A stretch of DNA of 64,000 bases from an uncultured virus (IMG/VR IMGVR_UViG_3300021400_004415). Lineage: Duplodnaviria > Heunggongvirae > Uroviricota > Caudoviricetes. Location of the stretch: the IMG/VR virus record IMGVR_UViG_3300021400_004415; one strand, given 5' to 3'. This document shows positions 1 through 10,169 of the stretch, piece after piece; positions within the stretch are counted from its first letter, which is position 1, and each line of letters opens with the position of its first letter. Both the position numbers and the translations under genes were made by a program. The notes below the pieces were generated by a model. It searched no databases, had not been told where the DNA came from, and saw only the letters and a program-made list of their open reading frames with translations.

Positions 1-670
1 TCTCCATTCCGATACAGGCAAGATCGGCGGCCGTCTCAAGGTGCTTTGCCGGACGGTGTGCGGCGTGCCCTATGACGGCTCCTTCACGAAGAAGCTTGTC
101 CGTGGGGTGTTGGATGCAGGTAAGGGATTTGGTTGGATAGTAGTCTTTGTCGTGGATGTGAAGGAGGTTGGCCTTTACGGCTTCCTTCACGGGCTCCGAC
201 AGGAGGTTTTCATCCACGTAGGTCTTTGTGGTTTCCGAGGCGAACTTCATCATCATCCCCGCCGGGGTGTCGGCGTTCATGTTGGCGTTCTCACGGGTGA
301 TGTCGTTGGCTTGGGCCAACATGATGGATTTGAAGATGGCGTTGCTGTCCGCCTTGCGGGCTATGGTCCTTTCTACGCGGTAGCGGACATACTGGCGTGC
401 CACGTCCGGATGGGACTCACGCATGAGGACGGTTTCCACCATGTCGTGTACTTTCGTGACGGGGAGACAGTCGGTTTCCTCGTTACGGCAGATATCATCA
501 AGGCACTCGGTGATGGTCCCGACAAGCTTGTTTACCTCAGAGAGACTGGTCCCCGTCTCCGGGTCGGCGCTCTCCATGGCCTTGATGATGGCGTTCTTGA
601 TTCGCTCCGGGTCGAATGGCATCATCCGCCCGTCACGTTTCTTGACTGATTTAATGTAACGTTGTTCCAT
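1..670 (-). CDS. nrdD: Anaerobic (class III) ribonucleoside-triphosphate reductase, N-terminal part (runs off window edge)
   Basis: Manual minus-strand translation from ATG at 670: MEQRYIKSVKKRDGRMMPFDPERIKNAIIKAM (ATP-cone), then RENANMNADTPAGMMMKFASE and HIHDKDYYPTKSLTCIQHP, typical NrdD motifs. Not in ORF track because truncated. Confidence 0.93.
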   Translation of the reverse strand, partial: MEQRYIKSVKKRDGRMMPFDPERIKNAIIKAMESADPETGTSLSEVNKLVGTITECLDDICRNEETDCLPVTKVHDMVETVLMRESHPDVARQYVRYRVERTIARKADSNAIFKSIMLAQANDITRENANMNADTPAGMMMKFASETTKTYVDENLLSEPVKEAVKANLLHIHDKDYYPTKSLTCIQHPTDKLLREGAVIGHAAHRPAKHLETAADLACIGME

Positions 671-675
671 GGTAA

Positions 676-2109
676 CTAATATTTTTTCTTATAAATGGTT
701 CTTCTCTTATTTGTCCGTCCGGATTTCAAAATGTCATTCAGGATATCTATCCAGGACACGTGGGCAAGTTTTTGTTCTTCTGTCGTGACTGTCCTGTCGA
801 TTGTTTTAAGGAATTCATCACGGCTTGCCTGGTCGCGTAGTTTCTGCCTGTTGGCCCGGATCTCTTTTTCGGTCATCCATTTCTCTGCCTTTTCCTTTAC
901 TTCCTTCATATCGAGGGATGGAAGCAGGTCTGAGGCTTTGAAGGCATTCTTTGTCTTGGCGTCAACGAGTGTTATGCCGAAGAGCTCATTCATCACGTTG
1001 AACGAGAAGCCTACATAAATTCCTTTTTTCTCAAGGATTTTTTCAAAGTGTCTTTGTGATTTAGATATCCTGAGAGCAAAGGCCGCCATTCTTCCGACGC
1101 GGGCACGGTCGTGCTTGCTGGAGGACTTCATGGCGGCTATCTGCTCCTTCGTGGAGTTCTGCTGAAGCCTTGTCTCCACTTCTTTGTAGAAGTCCTTCCC
1201 AAGTTCCTTCTCATTGAAAGGGGTCTTTATGATGTCCCCGTTTTCATCGATTCCTTGGAAGCTCAGGCGGATTCCGGTTGCATCGTTATATGTAGATACT
1301 GTTACGCCAAGGCTTTCGCATACCGCCTTGAATTGGTTAAGTGTGGCGAACTGATAGGTCATTGCCTCTTCCAAGACCCGCAGGTATTGTTCCTTGACAT
1401 TCTTTCCCTTGGGGTCGAACCTTATTGAAGGTGCAATTGTCTCCGGTTCCTCCTGAGGTCCGTTCTCTGTTATGGAAGGTACGGTCCCTATGGGTGATAT
1501 TTCACTCATATCGAAGAGAGCGTCTTCCTGAATTCTTTCTGCAGGAACAGGTTCCATTCCGAGCGGGATTGGTTCGATTTCTGTTATATTGTTATATAAC
1601 AGCGGTTGTTCTTCGACGATTTTTTCCTTCTTGGTTTTCTTCTTGGGGTTTCCGACAGTATAGTGATACTTATCCGCAAGGCGGAGGATAAGTTTCTCCA
1701 TACGCTTCTTCTCAAACTTATCGTTGATTTTTTTCCCATGAAGGTCTACGCGACATGAGACGACATGGTAGTGTGTCCTGTCGATATCGAAATGCTTATA
1801 TATGATATACGGTTGTGAACCATAGCCGAGGGACTTCATAATATCCTTGGCGTAGTCGCAAGCCTCCTCGTCGGCGAGGACTTCCGATGGTTCCTCTGGA
1901 TTTGGATTGATGGACATTTGGAAACTGACATTCTCTGTACGTATGTTCCTTCTTTCCAGTCTTCCGAAAGTCATCCTTGCGAATGCCGGTTCAGGTGACG
2001 GCATCCCTCCGAACCCAATGACGGTCGCAATCCCCTTGCGTACCTTGCTTTCGTTGTACGTAAGGGTTCCGTTCATGCTTCCGCGGCTTTTATGAATCTT
2101 TACGACCAT
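676..2109 (-). CDS. Relaxase/mobilization nuclease (Bacteroidetes MobB-like)
   Basis: N-terminal TLTYNESKV (candidate catalytic Tyr), QPYIIYKHFDIDRTHYHVVS HUH motif, C-terminal FGITLVD..FKASDL; downstream of a MobC-like gene. Confidence 0.9.
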   Translation of the reverse strand: MVVKIHKSRGSMNGTLTYNESKVRKGIATVIGFGGMPSPEPAFARMTFGRLERRNIRTENVSFQMSINPNPEEPSEVLADEEACDYAKDIMKSLGYGSQPYIIYKHFDIDRTHYHVVSCRVDLHGKKINDKFEKKRMEKLILRLADKYHYTVGNPKKKTKKEKIVEEQPLLYNNITEIEPIPLGMEPVPAERIQEDALFDMSEISPIGTVPSITENGPQEEPETIAPSIRFDPKGKNVKEQYLRVLEEAMTYQFATLNQFKAVCESLGVTVSTYNDATGIRLSFQGIDENGDIIKTPFNEKELGKDFYKEVETRLQQNSTKEQIAAMKSSSKHDRARVGRMAAFALRISKSQRHFEKILEKKGIYVGFSFNVMNELFGITLVDAKTKNAFKASDLLPSLDMKEVKEKAEKWMTEKEIRANRQKLRDQASRDEFLKTIDRTVTTEEQKLAHVSWIDILNDILKSGRTNKRRTIYKKKY

Positions 2110-2167
2110 GTTCCTTTTATTGCTCTAAGAGTCTGGGAAAGGAGAATGCGATGGTTTTGAGTGGCAG

Positions 2168-2509
2168 TCACCACTCCCCGGGCTGGGCCTGAGGTTCCTG
2201 CCCTTTCTTACCAGCCAACTCCACGCGGAAGGCGGAGAGGTTGTTGTGTTGGAATGCCTTTCCCTCTTGGTTCCTTGATTCACTCTGACGGAACGAGCCG
2301 ACCACGCTCACGGGCTGCCCTTTCTTGAGGTAAGGGAAGATCCCGGACTTGGAGGCGGTTACGTTGAAGTAGGTCGTTTCACGCGTCTCGCCAATCGTTT
2401 CATTGCAGGCTATGGTGAAACTGATGAACTCCACCTTTTGCCCGTTGCGGGTCGTAACCTGGGTGGTTGCGTCTTTTGTCAGGTTCCCTGTTGCGAATGT
2501 AATTATCAT
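2168..2509 (-). CDS. ssb: Single-stranded DNA-binding protein (short, no acidic tail)
   Basis: GNLTKDA..ISFTIACNE..TTYFNV..YLKKGQPVSVVG OB-fold signature. Confidence 0.88.
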   Translation of the reverse strand: MIITFATGNLTKDATTQVTTRNGQKVEFISFTIACNETIGETRETTYFNVTASKSGIFPYLKKGQPVSVVGSFRQSESRNQEGKAFQHNNLSAFRVELAGKKGQEPQAQPGEW

Positions 2510-2511
2510 AT

Positions 2512-2916
2512 CTATTCTGATTTTTTCTCTGTTGCAAATTCATCAATCTGCTTGATGACGTCAAGCTGGATGTTATACACTGCCCTGGTGAGGTCTTCCA
2601 GTTTTTGAATGTGTTCATCCACGATGGGAATAGTCAGCGCACGTGCCTGGTGAAGTGTATTGTAACTTTTGATAAGTTGGTTGTAATTGTGACCGATTTT
2701 CTCTACTTGTTGAGACAGCTTGTCAATACGACCAAGGATCTCGCGGTCTTTGACTTTCCCTCGGCTTTTGTATTTTGTTTTGTGAAGGACAGTGTCACGG
2801 ACGTATTTCGAAAAGGACAGGTACTCGAAAGCATCCATATCACTTTTGATGCTTTCAAGCTCTTTCTTTGTAAAACGGATAGTTTTGTTTTGTCTTTTAT
2901 CTTCTTCTTTTTTCAT
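2512..2916 (-). CDS. Relaxosome accessory protein (MobC/MobA, ribbon-helix-helix)
   Basis: TIRFTKKE..SFSKYVRD RHH motif and KIGHNYNQL MobC motif; upstream of relaxase. Confidence 0.85.
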   Translation of the reverse strand: MKKEEDKRQNKTIRFTKKELESIKSDMDAFEYLSFSKYVRDTVLHKTKYKSRGKVKDREILGRIDKLSQQVEKIGHNYNQLIKSYNTLHQARALTIPIVDEHIQKLEDLTRAVYNIQLDVIKQIDEFATEKKSE

Positions 2917-2984
2917 TTCCGTTTTATACGTTTTACTAGATATTAAATGGTCTTTTGTTTTTAATTAAAGTATTAATTGTCCGT

Positions 2985-3125
2985 TTAAGGAGAGTGCGAC
3001 TCCGGAGCGCTCTCCCCCGACCTCCCTGGGGGCGGGCCGGATGAGCACCACTGTGGGGTGCGTTGTTTTTGCCATGCAAAAGCACATCTGGCTAAAACAT
3101 AACGACCTGCTAGAAGTGGCCCAGT
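2985..3125. other. Probable origin of transfer (oriT) region
   Basis: Intergenic region upstream of mobC/relaxase with inverted repeats GGAGAGTGC..GCGCTCTCC and TTTTGC-CAT-GCAAAA; position typical of Bacteroidetes mob modules. nic site not pinpointed. Confidence 0.55.
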
Positions 3126-3127
3126 GT

Positions 3128-3197
3128 TACAAAGGTAATGTTTTTATTTTAAAACGCAAATATTTTTGTTTGAAAAGAAATGTTTTCTTATATTTGT
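3128..3197. promoter_or_regulatory. Divergent Bacteroidetes -7 promoter boxes for the mob and par operons
   Basis: TACCTTTG on minus strand (~3130-3137) and TATATTTG on plus strand (~3189-3196) match the TAnnTTTG consensus. Confidence 0.55.
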
Positions 3198-3202
3198 ATG
3201 CG

Positions 3203-3237
3203 GTTATAATTTTATAATTTTATAAATGTATAAATAG
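3203..3237. repeat. AT-rich ~8-bp direct repeats (TTATAA(A)T/GTATAAAT), putative centromere/operator
   Basis: ttataat-tttataat-tttataaat-gtataaat immediately before the small par gene. Confidence 0.5.
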
Positions 3238-3242
3238 AATTT

Positions 3243-3644
3243 ATGGCTAACAGATTCGTTAAAAGAAATCAAATAGGTGAAGAGAAGAAAGAGGTTGTCG
3301 CGGTTCCGCCTGTCGAGTCTTCTGCTCCGGTTGAAGTTCACGAAGCACCGGTGTCCAGTCCTGTTGAGCCGGAAGTTGCTTCTTCCCCCGGGGTTGTTGT
3401 GGAAGAGATGCCTCCCGTTGTTGTCAATCGTCCTGTACGCGGCCGTAAACCGAAGGTTAGGAAGCCGGATAACCCTTCTCTCAGTAAGGAAGATAGGACG
3501 AGTATGGGTTTGTCGGTCGTTGTGATGGAGAAGTTTATGGATTATAAACTTGCTTATCGGAAGAAGACCAAACGGCGTTCTATATCCAATCAGGAGTTTC
3601 TTGAAGTTCTTATGGACGTTTTTAAAACACAGTTTCGTTTATAA
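3243..3644 (+). CDS. Putative centromere-binding partition partner
   Basis: Low-complexity N-terminus and basic helical C-terminal domain; directly upstream of parA and flanked by repeat arrays. Confidence 0.5.
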   Translation: MANRFVKRNQIGEEKKEVVAVPPVESSAPVEVHEAPVSSPVEPEVASSPGVVVEEMPPVVVNRPVRGRKPKVRKPDNPSLSKEDRTSMGLSVVVMEKFMDYKLAYRKKTKRRSISNQEFLEVLMDVFKTQFRL

Positions 3645-3690
3645 ATGTATAAAAGTATATTTTTATAAATTTATAAATCGTTTTTATAAT
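3639..3690. repeat. Second AT-rich TATAAA(T) repeat array, putative centromere/operator
   Basis: ttataaat-gtataaaa-gtatatt-tttataaa-tttataaat; same unit as at 3203-3237. Confidence 0.5.
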
Positions 3691-3722
3691 TGTTTTATTA
3701 TCAATAGATTACATTTTACAAT

Positions 3723-4511
3723 ATGGCTATTATCTCTTTTTTCAATTCAAAGGGTGGCTCCGGCAAGAGCTTGCATAGTATTTTGTTCGGTAGTTATCTT
3801 GCTTATGCTGAGCAGAAGCGTGTCTGCATCTTGGATTTCGATTACGGGCTCCGTCTCGAGAGGTTCCGTAAGGAAGAGGAGGAGTTGTTAAAGAAGGAGG
3901 ATTCCGCTCTTTCCCGTTACACTGCCGCGCATCCTGATGATTCCGTAACGGGCAGCGAGGGTGTATTGGATATCATCACGGTTCCCCGGGAGGTCAAGGA
4001 GCGTGGCGAAAGGGAGCGCGATGAATTCAGTGCCAGTCTTGGCGAATACATTGAGGGGGTGTCCAAAGAGGGTTACGATTATATCATCCTGGACCTCCCT
4101 TGTGAGTTCTCTGCCGAGGCGCTTTCCTTTATCGTGCTTTTGGGTGCGGCCGACCTTGTTGCCGTTCCGTTCGACTACACTCCGACGGTCCGTAACTGCG
4201 CCCTCCATACGGCGGAGGTATTGCGTGATAACGGCGTCCCGTTGGTGATGTTTTGGAACAAGGTGTCGGTCAGTGATTTGAAGAAGGACGGTTTTCTGGA
4301 CCGGATTGAGAGTTTCCTGACCGACCGTGGCTACGATGTCCTGCCCCACCGTGTGAAGTTCTTCCAAAAGGCGACGCGTGAGTACGAGGGTGGAAAGGGC
4401 TTCGTGGTGTCGACTCTGTGCTGGCCCCGCCGTTACGTGGAGCTCAACTGCCCGGTGCTTGAGATTCTTTATGCTTGCTTGAAGGGACGTCTTGATGAGA
4501 TTGTAGAATAG
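3723..4511 (+). CDS. parA: ParA family partition ATPase
   Basis: Deviant Walker A KGGSGKS, CILDFD, YDYIILDLP Walker B, ADLVAVP. Confidence 0.9.
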   Translation: MAIISFFNSKGGSGKSLHSILFGSYLAYAEQKRVCILDFDYGLRLERFRKEEEELLKKEDSALSRYTAAHPDDSVTGSEGVLDIITVPREVKERGERERDEFSASLGEYIEGVSKEGYDYIILDLPCEFSAEALSFIVLLGAADLVAVPFDYTPTVRNCALHTAEVLRDNGVPLVMFWNKVSVSDLKKDGFLDRIESFLTDRGYDVLPHRVKFFQKATREYEGGKGFVVSTLCWPRRYVELNCPVLEILYACLKGRLDEIVE

Positions 4512-4538
4512 AGACGAGACAACCAAACAACAGGGCTG

Positions 4539-4931
4539 ATGTTCCATATTGACGAAAGGGGCTTTTTCACGACCTCGATGTATTATGAGGACCGTCGGAT
4601 GTCCACTATATCCGGGCGGTTCGACCGCATCGAGGTACAGACGAGGGAATACCTTGGGAAACGGGTATGCGGCGTTTGTGTAACGGTCTTCCGCACCAAC
4701 GGAGGGAGAACGAGTGTTTTCTTCAATGTGGAATTTCCCTGGGTCAAGTGTGCGCTCCGGAGTGTTTTCATATTTCGGAAGCGACCTGTCGAGAGTGGGG
4801 ATTTGGTCTCTTTTATCGTCAGGAAAGGTTCCGACGGTCTGCCCGTTTTAATGGTAGTTTCAGGAAATGGGTCCTTTTCCCGTGTGTTAATAAACTTGTT
4901 GATTGATATAGGTTATGGCCGGAAAGAATAA
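4539..4931 (+). CDS. Hypothetical protein
   Basis: ORF packed between parA and next gene; start uncertain. Confidence 0.45.
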   Translation: MFHIDERGFFTTSMYYEDRRMSTISGRFDRIEVQTREYLGKRVCGVCVTVFRTNGGRTSVFFNVEFPWVKCALRSVFIFRKRPVESGDLVSFIVRKGSDGLPVLMVVSGNGSFSRVLINLLIDIGYGRKE

Positions 4932-5316
4932 AACCGTGATTCCGGAGCCTTCTCAGGAGGTGCATTGTGAATGCGGCGACTGCGAGAAGGCTTACGGGTA
5001 TTGCTGGCCCGTCTTGGGTGGTGCCCCTTACTTTTGTCGCTGTCCCCTTCACCCTTTTACCCTCCTGAGGGTAAACCGTAAGGCCTGCGAGGATTTCGCC
5101 CGTCGGTCGGAGCCGCGCCCCGTCAGGACGGATGTCCACCTCTCCGCTATCGACCTTGAGGAGATGAAGCCGGAGAGGGTGGTCCCTCTTTTCCGCGTTG
5201 GCGAGCGGCATCCGTGGAAGTCCGTTCCCGTGTCGGAGGTCCCCCTTGGGGGGCTCAGCTGGGACGGCAGTCCGGCGGTACGGAAGGAAGACGCGCAGGA
5301 GGACTTGGAGTGGTAA
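4915..5316 (+). CDS. Hypothetical protein with Cys-rich N-terminal motif
   Basis: HCECGDC..FCRCP..ACEDF; operon packing. Confidence 0.65.
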   Translation: MAGKNKTVIPEPSQEVHCECGDCEKAYGYCWPVLGGAPYFCRCPLHPFTLLRVNRKACEDFARRSEPRPVRTDVHLSAIDLEEMKPERVVPLFRVGERHPWKSVPVSEVPLGGLSWDGSPAVRKEDAQEDLEW

Positions 5317-5342
5317 GTATGCACAGATAATGTAGAATAGAT

Positions 5343-5981
5343 ATGGCAAAGAATGTTATGGGGAACGGCGGTTTCGATTCCGCCTTTAAGTTATGGAACG
5401 CCTGTTCGGACGATAACCCGAACGACGCGCTGGCTTATGTGCATTTCTCAGGGGGTTACGCTTATGCTTCCAACGCCCATATCCTTGTGCGCGTCCCCTT
5501 GACACGCTGTACAGGGTTCACCGCCGAGGAGCGCTCCCTTCTCGCGGGTAAGGCGTTGCACATGGATTTGTTGAAGTACCTTGCGAAGTTTGATAACCTG
5601 ACCGTCACGGAACTGTCTTACATTGACGGAAACGGCAACGCGGTGGATACGGCCTGCATTGAGGGCTGGGTGGAGAAATGCCGTGTGAGCGTGTCGCTTG
5701 CTACGCAGGATAGTGTTCGTCGTCCGGATTTCGAAAAGGTGCTTACTGCACCTGGTGGGGTGCGTAAGAGGATTGAGGATATCGGCGTCAATGCCGGCCT
5801 CTTGTCGAAGTTGGTTTCGGCCATGGGGGCCGAGAATATCAAGATGCAGTTCACGAAGGCTGACGGCAAGATTTTCATCGAGCCTGTGAGTGATGCGGAT
5901 TTCTCGGAAGGCATTCTTGGTCTTATTATGCCGATAGCCGTTACCGGCACGCTTGAAGGGTTTGATGAAGACTCTGATTAA
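5343..5981 (+). CDS. Putative DNA polymerase III beta-clamp-like protein (truncated fold)
   Basis: AYASNAHIL, RPDFEKVL, IGVNAGLLSKL and GLIMPI resemble clamp motifs (ATDGHRL, YPDY, IGFN, LIMP); only 212 aa. Confidence 0.5.
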   Translation: MAKNVMGNGGFDSAFKLWNACSDDNPNDALAYVHFSGGYAYASNAHILVRVPLTRCTGFTAEERSLLAGKALHMDLLKYLAKFDNLTVTELSYIDGNGNAVDTACIEGWVEKCRVSVSLATQDSVRRPDFEKVLTAPGGVRKRIEDIGVNAGLLSKLVSAMGAENIKMQFTKADGKIFIEPVSDADFSEGILGLIMPIAVTGTLEGFDEDSD

Positions 5982-6038
5982 GAAACATACCTATTTTTTG
6001 TTAGGTTTTTTGGTTTTTTCATAGTTGGTTATGTTCTG

Positions 6039-6071
6039 CTTGCCTGCCTGTGAGGGTCGGCAAGTTTTTTT
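6039..6071 (+). terminator. Rho-independent terminator of the par operon
   Basis: CTTGCC..GGCAAG stem followed by a T7 tract. Confidence 0.7.
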
Positions 6072-7135
6072 ATTTCGTTCACGTCAGGGGTGACAAGTGA
6101 GCTCTAGGCGAACGCAGTCGTTAGCCCTGACAGTGTTATTCTTTTTTATTTCTCCGTATGTTATTTCTTTCTCGTGTGTTTGGTTTGTATGGGTGGTTTG
6201 GGGAATTGAAAGCTGGGCCGCCCCTCTAATGCTCAGGCGGCCCGAATGCTGTTTCAGGCATCATTGTCTTTTCTCTCCGGAGTGCGCCTTGGCGTATGGA
6301 GGAGAGGGTGTCACTCCCTCTCGTTCGGGAAGGGTCCCGAAAAGAAAGGGAGTGTTATAGTGTGTCCGGTTTATTTGGTCTCGTTGATTTATTATTCTGC
6401 GCGTGGAGGTTTCCGGAGGCTGTTACCGTCGCGTTGTTCCATGCAGCAACCAGAGCCAGAACCTAAGCGGCCGTAAAGGGCCGTGGTGGTTCTGGTGACG
6501 GGGGCTGCATAGAACAGGGAAAGCCGCTTTGCGGCTGAGGGAGGAAGAAGTAACGCCCGACGGATATCGTTCGGTGTCCCTTAACCCGCGTGTGTTGGGA
6601 AGGGAACACCTGGGGCCCACCGAAGCATTTTTCTTGTTGCACAAAAAAAATGTGGGAGGCGGGAGAGGTGTTCCGTGCGTGGGCGGGTGCTTTGTAGCGG
6701 AGGGAAAGGGTCCCGTGGCGGTTAGTGCGCTGTGCGGCAGAGCTTAGCAAGCTCGAGAGTACAGCACACGTGGAAATGTGCGGACAGGATCGCGTCTTCC
6801 TGCTTCAGCAGGTGGACGCGATCGTGGCAAGGAAACACGGGAAAGAAGAGAGGAAGAGTTTTATATTTGAAGTGTATGTGTTTTTATCGGTTTTCTTGTA
6901 ATTGGTTTGTAAGGGTGGTGAGGGGTGTTGACATGAAGTCTGTTTTGAAGTAAGGTTACTGTTATCATGTTGTTTAAACCTCGTCCAAAATTCCAACAAC
7001 TTCCTATAAGCCTATATGGGGGTATGTTCGTATGAATCCACCCACAAATCCTATGTTATTCATATTTGTCAGTGTCTAATCTGTTGTAATGTGTTAATAT
7101 AAAGTTCATTATGAGCTCTACTACCTGCTATTAAA

Positions 7136-7205
7136 GCGAGAGTCAGGCACCTATATTGCGAGAGCCAGGCACTTTGTTTTTGCTAATAATGCGAGAGTCA
7201 GGCAC
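7136..7205 (+). repeat. Three copies of GCGAGAGYCAGGCAC (iteron-like)
   Basis: Copies at 7136, 7158, 7191; spacings 22 and 33 bp; AT-rich flanks. Confidence 0.85.
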
Positions 7206-8117
7206 TTTTTGAATTATTGCGAAAATTATTTTACCCTTGTTCTCGTAATAATATGTTGAATGGAATGAACGTTTGTTGGATTCGTTGAAATTCGGGAAAA
7301 ATTTGGTCTTTTGAGATATGCTTGTTTCCTTAGGAGATTTTAGGTGAAAAGAGAGGGATGGTGTTGTCTTGCCTCTCCCAGTGATGTTCGTGAATATACG
7401 CTTTCCCTGCCATTTGTCCGATACCGGCTTTTCGAAGGTGTCGTTATTCTGTTATACTTGTTATTCTGTTACTTGATATATGGGGGACGCGCCGATTCTT
7501 CACGCGAAGAAAAACCGTGATGCCCGCGTCCGCCGCGGGCTTCACGGGGTAGTGTTCAAAGGTCGCGTTGAAACAGTCCGTAAGATTTTTCTATTGTCCT
7601 GTATTGCCGTCGCGTGACGAACGCGACACTGCGACCAGAGAACGAAGGGAGGGGCGTGTATGGGAGGCGCATTGTGGGAGGGGCTTTCCTGAACGCTTAT
7701 TCTGAAATCCTTTTCCCGCCGTTACTCGTAACTTGTTACTGAGTATTCGGCATTGAGACCGGAAGAAGGAGGTGAAGGCGTTTCAGGCCTTCTCCTCTCT
7801 GGAGGTCGTTCAAACGTGTGGGATTGAAGAAGGGCGTAAAGGAAAGGAAACGGGTAGGAAAGGGACCCGGTAGTGTAGTACAGGAGGCGTCCTGTACGTA
7901 CGGACGGGAAATGCGTGGCCTTTCCTGGGCCCCTTTTGAAGGGCCTCTTGCGGGGTACATCCGGCGGTCAGCGTAGCTGACAGGATGTTTGCCGCAAGTA
8001 GCCTTGAGCGCAAAACCTCATAACCCCGTTTTGAGGTTTTTGGAAAAAGGGAAAGGAATATTAATGAGGCTCTCCGTGGATTCCCGCTTGCGGGAATCAT
8101 TATCTTTTTTAAAAAAG

Positions 8118-8202
8118 GTGACCGTTTAGTAGACAACGCCCGGTGTAATTGTGACCGTTTTGTGGACACCGTTCCCCGAAGGTGACCGTTTAGTAGACAA
8201 CG
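8118..8202 (+). repeat. Three copies of GTGACCGTTTWGTRGACAMCG (iteron-like)
   Basis: Copies at 8118, 8151, 8182; spacings 33 and 31 bp. Confidence 0.85.
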
Positions 8203-9755
8203 TTATCTGTCGGTTAATGGGAAGGAAGAAGCGCAGGGCCCCTTTCGGAGCGTGTGCCGCCTTCAGGGATTGCATCCCTGAAGGAAATAAAGGCCAGGAA
8301 AAGCGGTACGGTATCCGGGTCGAAGCCTGCGTTGGCCCAGATACCGTTAAGCTGTGTGGATGGGAAAGGGAAAGCGCTGCGGGAGGGTTTTTGCACCCGG
8401 CTCCGCAGTGCGTGATATACCGACTGGGACGACGTGCTTTGGGCTCTAATAAGAGCCGGGAGAACGGACGGCAAGCCTGTTAACCCCGGTTGTTTTAACA
8501 ACCTCGGTTGGCAGGCGACAGTCGGGATATGGGATTGAGGGGTGGAAGTGGAGAGGGTTGCCGCGAAGCCGTGGTTCATTGATGGATGAAAGGTCCGTAT
8601 TTTGGGGAGGAAGGGACCCTTTTGCGGATTATGCAGAGGTGCGGAACACGGGCGCACCCGAAGAGGTGCCCGTGATTGGTGAAATCGAAAACAAGGCTTG
8701 CCTTGGAAAGAGTTCACCAATGAAAGCAAGAGCGTACAAAAGGGAACGGAAAAGAGATTAAAATTTTTTTGGGTATCGGTGTCTTATTTATATGTAATCA
8801 GAAAGGTTATCCTTGTTTATTGTTCGGCAAATGTCGATAACAAGAACGGCAATAGCAGTGGTACGGTACCATTACAGGTTTGTCGATGTTGAAGATTCGG
8901 ATGGCAATTGTCCGGCAAATGCCGGATAGTATGGTTGGAGATGCCTTTTGTGACATAAGAATGTCCGTGATAGTGGAGGATGAACGCCGGGCCCCTTTTA
9001 GAAGGGTATGCACCACTTCCTGGAAGGGACGTCCGTCTGACGAAACTTCCAGGAACTGGTGCGGAAAGCATTGACGGTAGCCGGCTACACCGCTGGGGTT
9101 CGCCCGCGGTGAGTCCGGATACAATGCGTGCGGAGGGAAAAAGGGAAAGCGTTCAGGGTGGGTGGCTTTTCCGTGCCAGGCTCCGCACAGAGGGGAAGTG
9201 CCGCTGAGGACGTTGCTCAACGTCATAGGCTTGAGATGTGCCTTTCGTCCAGCGAAAGCGTAGACGAAGGCAGAAAACAAGCCGGCAGGTAGGCACGGGC
9301 CCTGAGCGTGGCGTGTGGAGGAAGCAAGGGTAAGGCTGGTGTCCGGGAAGTATTCTTGTGTCCCGGAGTGGGAAGGAGGGACCCTTTTGGCTTGTGGGTA
9401 GGTTGCGAATCATGCGGGATACCTCCTCCTCGCTAAGCGACGTGGAGGTATCCCAGCATGGCGGTCGTGACCTAATGCGGGAGGCTTGCTTGCAGGCCAC
9501 CGGCTATGGTCAACCGACCGCAAAGCAACGAGCGTGCGTAAAAGGGATGTGGGTTGGGATTTAGAAAAGGGCACCGCGGCACTGGCTCCTTTAGTGTATC
9601 GTCCGGAAGGTTGGGCCGTGTTTATACGCCCAAGCTCTCCGTGACAGCCCTCAGTTTTCGCCGTGGGAAAGTGTAAGGATATATCTAATTGGGTTGTTTT
9701 TGAATAATTTTAATTATCTTTGGGTGGATAATGTTGTCTTTAAAGGGCTTGTTAT

Positions 9756-10169
9756 ATGTGGTTTGTATCTTCAAAAGGTTTTCATGACGGAAGCAAGGGA
9801 AAATATGATGGTGAATTTCATAAGTCCCTTTGTGGTAAAATGTACGGTGCCAACTGGCGTGATTTCAAGGGTCCATATCATTCTTACGGGATGGTTTTGG
9901 ATATCTTGATGGACAATGATGAAATCATTTCAGTCTTCTTTCATTATAAGAGAAAGTATTTGAGTGAGGTCGTACAGCTTTTATATGAGAACATGGATGC
10001 TTTACATTGGAAGTGTGTGATTGAAATGTCTGTTGAAGGTTATGGAAATAGTGGTTTGCATATAGATGTGTTTGTTGACGGGAAAAAGCTTGTCGGATCT
10101 GGAAAGACTGTGCCTCAAGGGTATTTTTCGACATATTGTAACGCAATAAAGTCTTCGATATTACCATAA
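9756..10169 (+). CDS. Hypothetical protein, isolated low-GC gene
   Basis: Only protein-like ORF in the 6-11.7 kb region; AT-rich relative to flanks; start uncertain. Confidence 0.55.
   Translation: MWFVSSKGFHDGSKGKYDGEFHKSLCGKMYGANWRDFKGPYHSYGMVLDILMDNDEIISVFFHYKRKYLSEVVQLLYENMDALHWKCVIEMSVEGYGNSGLHIDVFVDGKKLVGSGKTVPQGYFSTYCNAIKSSILP

Noticed and set aside
41..649. Plus-strand 202-aa ORF and the many other long antisense ORFs (e.g. 12853-13551, 39799-40620, 44813-45895, 60184-61338, 63288-63941)
   Set aside because: Shadows of recognisable genes on the opposite strand; no protein motifs.
6998..7030. dif/Xer-like site (TTCCTATAAGCCTATATGGG)
   Set aside because: Only one arm resembles a Xer half-site; insufficient support.
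9030..9080. Hammerhead ribozyme (CTGACGA..GAAA)
   Set aside because: Stems II and III do not close around the core motifs.
6097..9564. Short ORFs in the non-coding tract as real genes
   Set aside because: Overlapping on both strands, R/P/G/S-rich, lacking the A-rich leaders seen before real genes in this window.
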